64,000 bases of DNA. Origin: Candidatus Kuenenia stuttgartensis. GTDB lineage: Bacteria; Planctomycetota; Planctomycetia; Pirellulales; UBA1268. Location: contig CAMDDJ010000001.1 in the NCBI GenBank assembly GCA_945891385.1, positions 28,921-92,920 on the forward strand, in the 5' to 3' direction. The notes under the pieces are model-generated. The model was not told where the DNA came from. It worked only from the letters and a program-made list of their open reading frames with translations, and did no database searches. This document shows positions 30,380 through 40,634 of this stretch, in pieces; the stretch's first letter is position 1, and the number at the start of each line of letters is the position of its first letter. A program made the translations under genes and the position numbers.

Positions 30380-30448
30380 TCTGGACTCTCCTGATTTGCC
30401 CCTCATTGGTCCCCCTGGAGCGGCCGACCCCAAGGCCCGACTGCCGTT

Positions 30449-30562
30449 ATGAAGGTTCGCGCGAGCGTGCGTCGCATGTGCGACAAGTGCAAGATCGTCA
30501 AGCGGCGGGGTGTTGTGTTCGTGGTTTGTGCCGATCCCCGCCACAAGCAGCGGCAGGGCTGA
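30449..30562 (+). CDS. rpmJ: 50S ribosomal protein L36 (zinc form); absent from the ORF track because of its size
   Basis: Read directly from the sequence: [37 protein letters not shown]. Confidence 0.93.
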   Translation: MKVRASVRRMCDKCKIVKRRGVVFVVCADPRHKQRQG

Positions 30563-30646
30563 CCGAGTTGGTAGCGTCGGAGATCTGGAGGCGGGCGTCT
30601 GCCTTCAGGATCGTTGTTTTCGTTTGAGTCGTACGGAATTCCAGCC

Positions 30647-31030
30647 ATGCCGCGTTTGATGGGTGTCGATATCCCGTCGGAGAAGAAGACGATCTATTCG
30701 TTGCAGTATCTGTACGGCGTTGGGCCGCGGGTCGCTCGGGAACTCTGCCATAAGGCGGGAGTGAATCCGTTGTCCCAGGCTCGCGACTTGCACGAAGACG
30801 AACTGGCCCGCCTGGCTGCCCTGCTCGACAAGGACTACGTGGTCGAGGGTCAGTTGCGACGACAGGTTGCCCAGGATATTTCTCGACTCAAGGACATCGC
30901 TTCTTACCGCGGCGTGCGGCATCGCCGAGGGCTCCCAGTTCGTGGGCAACGCACCCGAACCAATGCCCGGACCCGCAAGGGCCCCAAGAAGACGGTGGCG
31001 GGCAAGAAGGGCGTCAAGGACCTCAAGTAA
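30647..31030 (+). CDS. rpsM: 30S ribosomal protein S13
   Basis: MPRLMGVDIPSEKK..., GVRHRRGLPVRGQRTRTNARTRKG. Confidence 0.94.
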   Translation: MPRLMGVDIPSEKKTIYSLQYLYGVGPRVARELCHKAGVNPLSQARDLHEDELARLAALLDKDYVVEGQLRRQVAQDISRLKDIASYRGVRHRRGLPVRGQRTRTNARTRKGPKKTVAGKKGVKDLK

Positions 31031-31164
31031 TCGTCTCCCGTCGCCTCGGGGCAACGGCAACCCGCGTCCGTCCGGCCGCTGGGTAGCTGGAGTGTGGCGA
31101 TCGATCGACTTCCGAAATTCAATCCGGTATCAGAACAACAGGCACGCGTCAGGAACCGTTTAGT

Positions 31165-31542
31165 ATGTCGAAGGCAGCGAAGACCAAGAAGAAAAGCGTC
31201 TCGTCGGGCATCGCCTACATCGTCGCAAGTTTCAATAACACCACCGTGACGATCACGGATGCCCGTGGCGATACGCTGTGCTGGGCAAGCGGTGGCACCT
31301 GCGGATTCAAGGGAAGCCGCAAAGGCACGCCCTTCGCCGGTCAAATGGCGGCGCAGCAGGCCGCCGAGAAGGCGGCGAAGTTCGGCGTCAAGGATCTCGA
31401 GGTGCGGGTCAAGGGGCCTGGGAGCGGCCGTGAGAGCGCGATCACTGCCCTGCAGGCGGCCGGCATGAACGTCCGCAGTATCGAAGACATCACGCCGTTG
31501 CCGCACAACGGCTGCCGCCCCCCTAAGAAGCGCCGGGTCTGA
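31165..31542 (+). CDS. rpsK: 30S ribosomal protein S11
   Basis: [42 protein letters not shown]. Confidence 0.95.
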   Translation: MSKAAKTKKKSVSSGIAYIVASFNNTTVTITDARGDTLCWASGGTCGFKGSRKGTPFAGQMAAQQAAEKAAKFGVKDLEVRVKGPGSGRESAITALQAAGMNVRSIEDITPLPHNGCRPPKKRRV

Positions 31543-31590
31543 CCTCTTTCATTCATCGACAACACGCACCTCCTTTTTTCGGACTGATTC

Positions 31591-32217
31591 ATGGGACGTA
31601 TCACTGGACCTGTTTGCCGACTCTGTCGCCGCGATGGCCTCAAGCTGTTTCTCAAGGGCAGCCGTTGCGACACCCCCAAGTGCGCCTTTGAGCGGCGTTC
31701 GACGCCTCCTGGCGTCGTGCAGAAGCGGCGACCGAAGCCTACGGATTACGGGCTGCGGCTGCGGGAAAAGCAGAAGGTGAAGCATTATTACGGCGTGCTC
31801 GAGCGGCAGTTTCGCACGTATTTTTCCCGGGCCGAGCGGGGCAAGGGCAACACCGGTGAGACGTTGATGACGCTCCTCGAGCGGCGGCTCGACAACGTCG
31901 TTCATCGGCTCGGGTTCGCTCCATCGCGGGCGGCCGCCCGCCAGATGGTCATGCACGGGCACATCACGATCAACGGCCGGCGGCTCGACATTCCCAGTTA
32001 TCTGGTGAAGCCCGGCGATCTCGTTCGGGTCAAAAACCGGGCGAAGAGCCTGCAGTTGGCCCACGCGGCTCTGGCGGACTTCCGCCGCGACGTCCCTGAT
32101 TTTCTGTCTCGAATCGAGGGGGCGATTCCAGAGGCGCGGGTAGATCGGCTGCCGGGGGCGGACGATGTCTCCATCCCCGTGCAGGCCAATCTGATCATCG
32201 AACTCTGTTCCAAGTGA
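31591..32217 (+). CDS. rpsD: 30S ribosomal protein S4 (N-terminal four-Cys form)
   Basis: [27 protein letters not shown]4 domain [31 protein letters not shown]. Confidence 0.94.
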   Translation: MGRITGPVCRLCRRDGLKLFLKGSRCDTPKCAFERRSTPPGVVQKRRPKPTDYGLRLREKQKVKHYYGVLERQFRTYFSRAERGKGNTGETLMTLLERRLDNVVHRLGFAPSRAAARQMVMHGHITINGRRLDIPSYLVKPGDLVRVKNRAKSLQLAHAALADFRRDVPDFLSRIEGAIPEARVDRLPGADDVSIPVQANLIIELCSK

Positions 32218-32236
32218 ATCATTCAAGGAGCATCGC

Positions 32237-33226
32237 ATGCATATTCGCTGGCGCGGTCTGGAGCTTCCGGGTGCCGTCGTGGCCGATCGTGGCACGCTGA
32301 CGGGCACATATGGCAAGTTCACGGCGGAGCCGTTCGAGCGGGGGTTTGGAACGACCGTGGGCAACAGCCTGCGCCGCGTTCTGCTCTCGAGTCTCGAGGG
32401 GAGCGCTGTCACGCAGATCAAGTTGGCGGGGGCCCTGCACGAGTTCACGACCATCAAGGGCGTGCAGGAAGATGTCACGGACATCGTGCTTGCCATCAAG
32501 AGCCTCGTGGTGAAAAACCACAGCGATTCCACCCGTGTGATTCGCGTGGAGAAGAGCACCAAGGGCCCGATCACTGGTGCGGACGTTCTGACTGACGAGG
32601 CGGTGGAGGTTGTGAATAAGGAGCTGGTCATCGCAACGCTGACCGATGACGTGCCGTTCGAGCTTGAGATGGTGGTGGAGAACGGCCGAGGCTACGTTCC
32701 CGCGAGCGAGCAGAGCCAGGCTTCGCAGGAGATCGGCATCGTTCCGCTCGACGCCGTGTTCAGTCCCGTGACTCGCGTGAAATACGAGGTCGAGGAGACC
32801 CGCGTGGGTCAGAAGACGAATTACGACAAGCTCACGCTCGAGATCTGGACGGATGGCACTGTGACGCCCGAGATGGCGCTCGTCGAAGCGGCCAAGATTC
32901 TCCGCAAGCACCTCAACCCGTTCGTCGGATATACGGCTCCGGGCCCGGACGTGGCCTTGCCGGCAGCCGCCGACCTGTTCGCGGTGGAAGCGCCGCTCGA
33001 GAGCCGGCTGGGAATGCTGGTGTCGGATCTTCGGCTTTCTGGCCGCGCAGCCAACTGTCTCCACGAGGAAGGGATCGGCACCATCAAGGAACTCGTTGCC
33101 CGCACCCGCGAAGAACTGCTCGAGGTGCGGAACTTCGGCGAGACCACCCTTCAGGAAATCGAAGAGAAGCTGCAGGAACTGGGCCTGCGGCTGGGAATGG
33201 AGGCGGCTGCCGCCGCCGATGTCTGA
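32237..33226 (+). CDS. rpoA: DNA-directed RNA polymerase subunit alpha
   Basis: [22 protein letters not shown]; C-terminal domain [21 protein letters not shown]...[10 protein letters not shown]. Confidence 0.95.
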   Translation: MHIRWRGLELPGAVVADRGTLTGTYGKFTAEPFERGFGTTVGNSLRRVLLSSLEGSAVTQIKLAGALHEFTTIKGVQEDVTDIVLAIKSLVVKNHSDSTRVIRVEKSTKGPITGADVLTDEAVEVVNKELVIATLTDDVPFELEMVVENGRGYVPASEQSQASQEIGIVPLDAVFSPVTRVKYEVEETRVGQKTNYDKLTLEIWTDGTVTPEMALVEAAKILRKHLNPFVGYTAPGPDVALPAAADLFAVEAPLESRLGMLVSDLRLSGRAANCLHEEGIGTIKELVARTREELLEVRNFGETTLQEIEEKLQELGLRLGMEAAAAADV

Positions 33227-33276
33227 ATCGCTGGGCCGCGTCGTGATCGCGGTCCGCCTACGAGGAACCAACAATC

Positions 33277-33846
33277 ATGCGTCATCGTCGCAAGGGCCGA
33301 ATCCTGGGCCGCAGTCCTTCTCACCAGAGGGCATTGCTGCGCAACCTCGCTTCAGCTTTGATGCTCACCGAGCAGGAGGTCGAGCCGGGTGAGCCGGGTG
33401 CGGCCAAGGTGAAGGGCCGTATCATCACCACGCTGCCCAAGGCCAAGGAGGTTCGTCCGCTCGTGGAGCGATGCATCACCATCGCTCGCCGCGGCCTGGC
33501 TGCATCGGCTCGGGCCGATGAGTTCGCGACCTCGGCCGAACGTGGGTCCGCGGCGTGGAAGGAATGGCGAACCGGGGCCCAGTGGCGGGCCTGGGCTCAA
33601 GCCATGGCGCCGGTTGTCAAGGCGCGGCGGCGGGTTCTGCAGATGCTCGGGGACAAAAAGGCCGCGAGAATCGTCTTCGAGGTGATCGCCCCCCGCTATG
33701 CCGAACGACCGGGCGGCTATACGCGGATCCTGAAGCTTGCCAAGCCGCGGCTGGGCGACGCCGGGGCCAGGGCGATTCTCGAGTTCGTCGGCGGTGAGTC
33801 TGCCGCCAAGCCGCAGTCGCCGCAGCTGGAAGCCGCCCGGGGCTGA
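33277..33846 (+). CDS. rplQ: 50S ribosomal protein L17 (with internal/C-terminal extensions)
   Basis: MRHRRKGRILGRSPSHQRALLRNL...GGYTRILKL. Confidence 0.92.
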   Translation: MRHRRKGRILGRSPSHQRALLRNLASALMLTEQEVEPGEPGAAKVKGRIITTLPKAKEVRPLVERCITIARRGLAASARADEFATSAERGSAAWKEWRTGAQWRAWAQAMAPVVKARRRVLQMLGDKKAARIVFEVIAPRYAERPGGYTRILKLAKPRLGDAGARAILEFVGGESAAKPQSPQLEAARG

Positions 33847-33855
33847 AAAGCCCGG

Positions 33856-33880
33856 CCCGGGCGGGTGGCGTTCGCCCGGG
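33856..33880 (+). terminator. GC-rich hairpin after rplQ (possible end of the alpha operon; no U-tract)
   Basis: cccgggcg-ggtggcgtt-cgcccggg, an 8-bp stem starting 10 nt after the rplQ stop. Confidence 0.2.
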
Positions 33881-33960
33881 GCCGTTGCGTCTGCGTAGAA
33901 TGAATGAGGTTCCTTTGCCTCGTGGCATGGGATTCGTTCAGCACCAGCGGAAGGCCGGCG

Positions 33961-35667
33961 ATGAGTCGCTCCGGTTGGCTTCGGATGGTGGTCTGGCTCG
34001 CCCTGGCAGGCCTGGGTCCGGGACTGTCTGCGGCGAATCCCGGGGCCGACCGGTACGAGCACTACGGCATTCCTCAGGTCAGGCTCATCAACGACCGCAT
34101 CGTCGCCGGCTGGCAAGACGCCGGACTCGAGCCATCTGCCGCGGCGACCGATGGGGAGTGGTGCCGGCGGGTCTTTCTCGATCTTGTGGGACGAGTTCCG
34201 ACGGTCACAGAGCTCCAGGCGTTTCTCGTCGATTCTTCGCCGACCAAGAAGGCAGACTTGGTGGGGCGACTCCTGGGCGACGAGTTTGAAGACGAGTACG
34301 CCCGGAACTTTACCGATGTCTGGACGACCATCCTGGTCGGCCGCGACGCCACGAACGAAAACGTCAATCGCCCGGGACTTCGGCAATACCTCCGCCGCTG
34401 CTTCTCGAACAACATTCCCTACGACCGGTTCATGGAAGAACTCGTCACCGCCACCGGAGTCAACACGAACCGTCGGGGTGTGGAGGGGTTCAACGGGGCG
34501 ACGAATTTCCTGAGCGGGAAGATGGAGGAAATGGGTGTCGCCAACGGGGTCCAGGCGACGGCCAAGACGGCCCAGATTTTCCTCGGGCTTCAGGTGCAGT
34601 GCACCCAGTGCCACAACCATCCCTTCAACAAGGGAAAGCAAAATCAATTCTGGGAGTTCAACGCGTTTTTCCGTCAGACCGCGGCACTCCGTCGGCGGGG
34701 TGGCACGGAGGACGTTCAGTGGATCGAACTCGTCGATCAGGACTTTCCCGGCGAGGGGGGCAATCCAGAGGAGGCCGAGCTCTACTACGAGCTCCGCAAC
34801 GGCTTGATGAAGGTGGCCTATCCGGTCTTCATCGACGGCACTGCGATCTCTCCGAGCGGCTACCTGCCCGGCACGATGGAGGATGGCACGCCCTACGGCA
34901 CCAACCGCCGCCAGGAATTGGCCAAACTGATCAAGACGAACCCGCTCTTTCCCTTCGCGATCGTCAATCGGATGTGGGGCTATTTTCTCGGGTACGGCTT
35001 CACCCGCCCGGCCGATGACCTCGGGGATCACAATCCGCCGTCGCATCCGGAACTCCTCGAGGGTCTGGCTGGGGCCTTTCGGGAGCAGAGCTTCGACCTC
35101 CGGGAGTTGGCCCGCTGGATCGTGCTGTCGCGGCCCTACGCCCTCTCGAGTCGGACGACGCCCGGCAATCGCATCGATGATCCGTCGTTGGGCGAGCGTC
35201 CGAAGTTCACCCACTTCTACCTCCGGCAGATGTCGGCGGAGCAGCTCTATGAATCCCTGCTTACGGCCACCGAAGCCGACGAGATCCGCGTGGGCGAGGA
35301 CGCTGCCAAGCGGAAGGATCGTTGGCTGAGCCAATTTGTCATCGCTTTCGGGACCGATGAGGGCGACGACGCGACGACCTTCAACGGGTCGATTCCTCAG
35401 GTGCTGATGATGTTCAACGGCGACCTGGTCAAGGAGGCGACGAGCACCGGCAAGGGGGGCTTCCTCGACCGGGTGGCCACCAGCGGACTGAGTCCGACGC
35501 AGAAGATCGAGACGCTCTACCTGGCCGCTCTGGCCCGCAAGCCGTCAGCCAAGGAACTCAAGACTGCCAACGCTCTGCTCGGGGCCCGCAAGGGCGACGT
35601 GGTGGGCGCCCTGCAGGACGTCTGGTGGGCCGTGCTCAACTCAAATGAATTCATCATCAATCATTAG
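33961..35667 (+). CDS. DUF1549/DUF1553 (PSD1-type) domain protein, secreted
   Basis: Signal peptide MSRSGWLRMVVWLALAGLGPGLSA. FLDLVGRVPTVTELQAFL (DUF1549-like), QCTQCHNHPF, VNRMWGYFLGYGF...PPSHPELLEGLA (DUF1553-like). Confidence 0.75.
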   Translation: MSRSGWLRMVVWLALAGLGPGLSAANPGADRYEHYGIPQVRLINDRIVAGWQDAGLEPSAAATDGEWCRRVFLDLVGRVPTVTELQAFLVDSSPTKKADLVGRLLGDEFEDEYARNFTDVWTTILVGRDATNENVNRPGLRQYLRRCFSNNIPYDRFMEELVTATGVNTNRRGVEGFNGATNFLSGKMEEMGVANGVQATAKTAQIFLGLQVQCTQCHNHPFNKGKQNQFWEFNAFFRQTAALRRRGGTEDVQWIELVDQDFPGEGGNPEEAELYYELRNGLMKVAYPVFIDGTAISPSGYLPGTMEDGTPYGTNRRQELAKLIKTNPLFPFAIVNRMWGYFLGYGFTRPADDLGDHNPPSHPELLEGLAGAFREQSFDLRELARWIVLSRPYALSSRTTPGNRIDDPSLGERPKFTHFYLRQMSAEQLYESLLTATEADEIRVGEDAAKRKDRWLSQFVIAFGTDEGDDATTFNGSIPQVLMMFNGDLVKEATSTGKGGFLDRVATSGLSPTQKIETLYLAALARKPSAKELKTANALLGARKGDVVGALQDVWWAVLNSNEFIINH

Positions 35668-35691
35668 GCCGCACGCGGAATGCGTTGCGCA

Positions 35692-35774
35692 CCGGCTCGG
35701 GGGCGGCAAAAGTCGCGTCGCGGGCGAAGATACGCCCCGATGCTCCGCGAGCGTTCGCCGACCCCCGAGCCTCC
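35692..35774 (+). repeat. dispersed ~85-nt hairpin repeat, copy B (most complete)
   Basis: ccggctcgggggcggcaaaagtcgcgtcgcgggcgaagatacgccccgatgctccgcgagcgttcgccgacccccgagcctcc. Its ends are complementary (ggctcgggggcggc / gccgacccccgagcc). Starts 24 nt after the stop at 35667. Confidence 0.7.
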
Positions 35775-35850
35775 AGTCCACTCGACTGCACGGGCGAGGA
35801 TACGCCGCAAAGCTTGAGCGATCGCCAACTCTCAACTCAGGAGGATTGCC

Positions 35851-37146
35851 ATGAATCTCGGACTTGGTCCCGGCCGTGTGCCCGGTATTCCCGCCTGGAT
35901 GAGCCGACGGCACTTCCTCAGCCACCTCGCCGGTGCGGCGGCCCTCGCGGCTCCGGCGACGACGTTTACCAACTCGATCTTCGCCAGCGCTCCCGACCTT
36001 CGGAAGCGGCACAAGTCGGCGATCCTGCTCTGGATGGGGGGCGGGCCGAGCACGATCGACCTCTGGGACTTGAAGCCGGGCGCTCCCACGGGCGGCCCCT
36101 TCAAGCAGATCTCGACGTCGGCCGATGGCGTGGCGATCTGCGAGCACCTGCCGCTGATGGCCCAGCAGATGCATCACATGGCAATCGTGCGGTCGATGAG
36201 CACCCGCGAAGCCGATCACATGCGTGGCCGGTACTACATGCACACCGGCTACGTGCCGAACCCAAATGTCACCCACCCTAGCTACGGGGCGGTGATCGCT
36301 CACGAACTGGCCGAACAGGTTCCCTATCTCGAGGTTCCGCCGTTCGTCTCGGTCGGTGGGGGCAGCGAAGGCCCTGGCTTTCTCGGCATGACGTGGGCGC
36401 CGTTCGCCGTGGATTCCAACGGCAACGTCCGCAACCTGGAGATGGGAGTCGATCCCGTCCGGCTGGCCCAGCGACTGGAGATGCTCGCGACCGTCGAGCA
36501 GCGGTTCATCGGCGAACGGCGCGGCGGGTCCTCCGAGGATCACTCCAAGGTCCTGGACAAGACCGTCCGCCTGATGACGAGTGATCAGATGAAGTCGTTC
36601 AAGGTGCAGGACGAGCCCGCCGAGGTGCGAGAGCGGTATGGCAACACCGGCTTCGGGCGGGGCTGCCTGATGGCCCGCCGGCTGGTGGAACTGGGCGTGC
36701 CTTTCATCGAGGTCGATCTCGGCGGTTGGGATAACCATGCCAACATTTTCCCGACCTTGGCCGACCAGAAGCTGCCCGAAATGGACAAGGCCATGAGCGC
36801 GTTGGTCGCCGACCTGGCTGATCGGGGATTGCTCGACGACACGGTCGTGATCTGGATGGGTGAATTCGGCCGCACGCCCAACATCAACGGAGGCGCCGGG
36901 CGGGATCACTGGGCTCGCGGCTGGAGCGTGGTGGTGGGCGGAGGGGGCTTCAAGCGAGGAATTGTCGTCGGGGAGACGAGCGCGGATGGCAAGGAGGTGG
37001 CGACCGAGCCCTACACCTCGCAAGATCTGATGGCGAGCGTGCTCAAGGCGCTGGGGATTTCACTCGAGACGACCTTCACGGCCAAGAATGGCCGCCCGAT
37101 GAAAATTGCGAACTCGGGCAAGGTCATCAAGGAACTCTTCGCCTGA
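35851..37146 (+). CDS. DUF1501 (sulfatase-fold) protein with Tat-type signal
   Basis: AGGAGG lies 8 nt upstream of the start. MSRRHFLSHLAGAAALAAPA, LGGWDNHANIF, GEFGRTPNIN. Confidence 0.8.
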   Translation: MNLGLGPGRVPGIPAWMSRRHFLSHLAGAAALAAPATTFTNSIFASAPDLRKRHKSAILLWMGGGPSTIDLWDLKPGAPTGGPFKQISTSADGVAICEHLPLMAQQMHHMAIVRSMSTREADHMRGRYYMHTGYVPNPNVTHPSYGAVIAHELAEQVPYLEVPPFVSVGGGSEGPGFLGMTWAPFAVDSNGNVRNLEMGVDPVRLAQRLEMLATVEQRFIGERRGGSSEDHSKVLDKTVRLMTSDQMKSFKVQDEPAEVRERYGNTGFGRGCLMARRLVELGVPFIEVDLGGWDNHANIFPTLADQKLPEMDKAMSALVADLADRGLLDDTVVIWMGEFGRTPNINGGAGRDHWARGWSVVVGGGGFKRGIVVGETSADGKEVATEPYTSQDLMASVLKALGISLETTFTAKNGRPMKIANSGKVIKELFA

Positions 37147-37187
37147 GCGACACGGGAGACAGGTCGGCGAGCCCTGGGCCGGCGGGC

Positions 37188-38579
37188 GTGGCGCGGCAGC
37201 GAGGCATCGTGCGGCCCCTGCTCGTGCTCGTGGGACCCGTGCTGCTCGAGCAGTTTCTGGCCTTGGCCGTCGGCTTCGTGGACAAATGGCTGGCCGGGAA
37301 TCTGTTCTCCGGGGCCGAGTCGCTGGCCGCGATCGGGCTCGTGGCCTATTCGCTCGCGTTTCTGCCCGTCTTGTTCGTGGCGCCATCGGCTGCGGCGACC
37401 GCGCTGGTGGCCCGCAGTTTCGGAGCCGGTGACCGAACTGCCGCCCGGAGGGTCGCGGCCCAATGCCTGCTCGTCACGGCCGTGCTCGCAGTCGTCGCGG
37501 TCGGGGTGGCCGGTCTGGGAGGGCGGCAGTTCGTTGCGGCGCTCGGTCTTCCGCCAGGCAGCAGCCAATTGGCGATCCGCTATCTGGCGATCGTACTGCC
37601 GGCCTTGCCGCTGATGGCCGGCATTCTCGTGGGGGTGGCCGTGGTCCGTGGGGCCGGTGACATGGTGGCCGGTCTGATCACGATGTCGGTCGTCAATCTG
37701 GTGAATGCCGGCGCCAGCTTCGTTCTGGCGACGGGCGTTGGGGGCATGGAGCCGCTCGGCTGGGAGGGGCTCGCCTGGGGCACCGTGGCGGGGTACGCCT
37801 GCGGGGGGCTCACCCTCGTTGGCTTGTTCATGCTGAGGGAAACGGGGCTGCGGCCGGCGGCGGCCGATTGGCTGCCGGCCTGGGGTGTCATCCGCCAGAT
37901 CAGTCGCGTCGGGCTGCCGGCCGGCGTGGATGCGGTCGGCAACGCCGCCTGCCACCTGACCTTTCTGGGAATCGTGAATCGCCTGGGGGACGTGGATGCC
38001 GCCGCGCACGCCGTGGCCATCACGATCGAGTCGCTCGCCTTTCTGCCCGGGAGCGCCTTCCAGGTGGCCGCGGCCACGCTCTCCGGCCAGTTCCTCGGGG
38101 CCCGGGACGAACGCCGTGCCCGCGGGAGTGTGTGGTTGGCGGCGGTCGCAGCCGTCGGTCTGATGTCGGCCGTCGGGCTCGGGTTCCTGATCGCCTCCAC
38201 CCCGTTGGCCGCCTGGTTCACCGGCGGCGCCGGCCGTCAGCCGGCGGTGGCCGCCCGAGCCGCAGAACTCGTTCAGATCGTGGCCTTCGCCCAACCGCCT
38301 CTGGCGCTGCTGATGGTGCTCTCTGGTGGTTTGCGGGGAGCGGGCGTGACCCGGCCCCCGCTGCTCGTGAATTTCCTGGGGCTCACGGTCGTCCGCCTGC
38401 CACTGGCCATGCTGTTGGCCTGGCCCACGGTCGTCCTCCCCGCCGGCCTTGGCTCATTGCCTGGCGTCGGGCTGGGGGCTCGCGGAGCCTGGCTGGCGAT
38501 GGCGGCTGATCTCACCGCTCGAGGCCTCGCGATGCTGGTCATCTTCCGTGGCCGCTCCTGGTCGCGAACGGAGCCCTGA
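37188..38579 (+). CDS. MATE-family efflux transporter (probable)
   Basis: 463 aa, about 12 hydrophobic helices with two-fold internal symmetry. Family assignment rests on overall pattern only. Confidence 0.55.
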   Translation: MARQRGIVRPLLVLVGPVLLEQFLALAVGFVDKWLAGNLFSGAESLAAIGLVAYSLAFLPVLFVAPSAAATALVARSFGAGDRTAARRVAAQCLLVTAVLAVVAVGVAGLGGRQFVAALGLPPGSSQLAIRYLAIVLPALPLMAGILVGVAVVRGAGDMVAGLITMSVVNLVNAGASFVLATGVGGMEPLGWEGLAWGTVAGYACGGLTLVGLFMLRETGLRPAAADWLPAWGVIRQISRVGLPAGVDAVGNAACHLTFLGIVNRLGDVDAAAHAVAITIESLAFLPGSAFQVAAATLSGQFLGARDERRARGSVWLAAVAAVGLMSAVGLGFLIASTPLAAWFTGGAGRQPAVAARAAELVQIVAFAQPPLALLMVLSGGLRGAGVTRPPLLVNFLGLTVVRLPLAMLLAWPTVVLPAGLGSLPGVGLGARGAWLAMAADLTARGLAMLVIFRGRSWSRTEP

Positions 38580-38633
38580 GCCGGCCCGGCGGTGCGGCGA
38601 TCAGCATGGCCAGTCTGATCGTCCACGCTACAC

Positions 38634-40622
38634 TTGCAGATCTGCGGCCGCAGTCGCCGCGGGAAGCGGCCAGCGTCGCCGTTCGAACCAGAGGGTCTTC
38701 ACTTGGCCGCAGCCGATCTCGACGTTGAGCGCTGGAGCACCGCCGATGCCACCGATCTCTACGAGGTGGCTCGTTGGGGCAACGGATATTTTTCGGTTGG
38801 TCCGCATGGCCACCTCCTCGTCCATCCTCACAAGGATCTCACCCGAAGCATCGATCTCAAGCAACTCGTCGACCGGCTCCAGGTGCGGGGCATCGACCTG
38901 CCGATTCTGCTCCGGTTCGCCGAGATCCTCGAGCATCGGCTGGGCGAGATCCATGGTGCCTTCGCCTCGGCGATGAAAGAGAGCGGCTATCGGGGCGACT
39001 ACTGCTGCGTCTATCCGGTGAAGGTCAATCAGCAGCGGCAGGTGGTGGAAGAGGTGCTCCGGTTCGGCCGGCCCTATCGGTTCGGCCTGGAGGCGGGGAG
39101 CAAGCCGGAGTTGCTCGCGGTCATCGCCTTGGCCGACAACGAAACTCCCATCATCTGCAACGGGTTCAAGGACGCCGAGTTCATTGAGACGGCGATGCTG
39201 GCCCAGAAGATCGGGCGGCACATCATTCCGGTGGTGGAACGTTTTTCCGAACTCCATCTGATCCTCGAATATGCCGAGAAACTCGGGGTGCGGCCCCAGA
39301 TCGGGATGCGAATCAAGCTGGCAGCCCGTGGGGCGGGACGCTGGCAGGCGTCGGGGGGCTTTCGCAGCAAGTTCGGCCTGACGGCCAGCGAATTGGTGCG
39401 GGGGCTCGACCTGCTGGCCGAGCGCGGGATGGAGGACTGCCTGCAGCTCCTTCACTTCCATCAGGGCAGCCAGATCACCAACATCCGTCACATCAAGGCC
39501 GCCCTGAACGAGGCTGCGCGAATCTACACCGAGTTGGTCAAGCGAGGCGCAGGCCTGCGGTATCTCGATGTCGGTGGCGGGTTGGGCATCGACTACGACG
39601 GGTCGCAGACCAACTTCGAATCGAGCGTGAACTACAGCCTCCAGGAATATGCCAACGACGTCATCTACCAGGTGCAGAACGCCTGCGACGAGGCGGGGGT
39701 GCCCCATCCCACGATCGTCTCGGAGAGCGGCAGGGCGGTGGTCGCCTACCACAGCGTGTTGATCTTCGGCGTGCTGGGCGTGTCGGAGCAGGGGGGCGTG
39801 GCCGAGGTGGGCGAGCCTCCGGCAGACGCCGAGCAGCCCCTGCTCGACCTCTACGAGACCTACCAAAACATCAACGTTCGCAATCTGCTCGAGAGCTACC
39901 ACGACGCGCAGCAACTGCTCGACACGGCGATGAATCTGTTCTCCAGCGGCTACCTTCCGCTCGACCAACGCTCGGCGATCGAAAACCTCTACTGGGCCAC
40001 CTGCCGGCGGATCAGCAAGCTCTCCAAAGGGCTCGAGTTCGTCCCCGAGGAACTCGAGGGGCTCGAGGCGGCGCTTTCCGACACCTATTTCTGTAATTTC
40101 TCGCTGTTCCAGTCGATGCCAGACAGCTGGGCGATCAAGCAACTCTTTCCCGTGATGCCGATCCACCGACTCGACGAAAAGCCCGGCCGGGCCGCCGTGC
40201 TCGGTGACGTCACCTGCGACTCCGACGGCAAGATCGATCAGTTCATCGATCGCCGAGATGTGAAACGGACCCTGCCGCTCCACGCCTGGAAGGCGGAACC
40301 ATACTACCTGGGCGCGTTTCTGATCGGTGCCTACCAGGAGATCCTGGGCGATCTCCACAACCTGTTCGGCGACACCAATGCCGTTCATGTCAGCACCGAC
40401 GAGCGGGGGGAGGTGGTGGTCGACGCCGTGATCAAGGGCGATACCGTCCGAGAGGTGCTCGACTACGTGGAGTTCGACGCCGAACAACTCGTGCAGCGGC
40501 TGCGGGATTCGATCGAGCAGGCCGTTCGCGAGGGTCGGATCGGCGACGTTCAGGCGGGCCGGTTTCTCAAGTTTTATGAGGAGGGGCTGGGCGGTTACAC
40601 CTACCTTGAAGAGCCCGGTTAA
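38634..40622 (+). CDS. speA: biosynthetic arginine decarboxylase
   Basis: RWGNGYFSV, CVYPVKVNQQ (PLP Lys), YLDVGGGLGIDYDG, GAYQEILGDLHNLFGDTN. The TTG start is uncertain. Confidence 0.88.
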   Translation: MQICGRSRRGKRPASPFEPEGLHLAAADLDVERWSTADATDLYEVARWGNGYFSVGPHGHLLVHPHKDLTRSIDLKQLVDRLQVRGIDLPILLRFAEILEHRLGEIHGAFASAMKESGYRGDYCCVYPVKVNQQRQVVEEVLRFGRPYRFGLEAGSKPELLAVIALADNETPIICNGFKDAEFIETAMLAQKIGRHIIPVVERFSELHLILEYAEKLGVRPQIGMRIKLAARGAGRWQASGGFRSKFGLTASELVRGLDLLAERGMEDCLQLLHFHQGSQITNIRHIKAALNEAARIYTELVKRGAGLRYLDVGGGLGIDYDGSQTNFESSVNYSLQEYANDVIYQVQNACDEAGVPHPTIVSESGRAVVAYHSVLIFGVLGVSEQGGVAEVGEPPADAEQPLLDLYETYQNINVRNLLESYHDAQQLLDTAMNLFSSGYLPLDQRSAIENLYWATCRRISKLSKGLEFVPEELEGLEAALSDTYFCNFSLFQSMPDSWAIKQLFPVMPIHRLDEKPGRAAVLGDVTCDSDGKIDQFIDRRDVKRTLPLHAWKAEPYYLGAFLIGAYQEILGDLHNLFGDTNAVHVSTDERGEVVVDAVIKGDTVREVLDYVEFDAEQLVQRLRDSIEQAVREGRIGDVQAGRFLKFYEEGLGGYTYLEEPG

Positions 40623-40634
40623 ACCTCGCCACGC

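Noticed and set aside
31567-31575. CACCTCCTT, identical to the 16S rRNA 3'-end anti-SD sequence, 16 nt upstream of the rpsD start.
   Set aside because: It is a single 9-mer with no nearby GGAGG partner to sequester. It could be chance in a pyrimidine-rich spacer, and the sequence alone cannot support a regulatory claim.
33352-35334. Very long ORFs antisense to or frame-shifted within real genes. Examples: 33352-35334(-), 35641-37023(-), 38628-40994(-), 14734-16746(-), 13448-14872(-), 43961-45334(-), 45991-47139(-), 49303-51540(+), 54713-57535(-), 57683-60418(-), 61891-63126(-).
   Set aside because: Each lies opposite or overlapping a gene with unmistakable family motifs. Their translations are Arg/Pro/Gly/His-rich low-complexity sequence, typical of stop-codon-poor GC-rich DNA. 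None shows a family motif.
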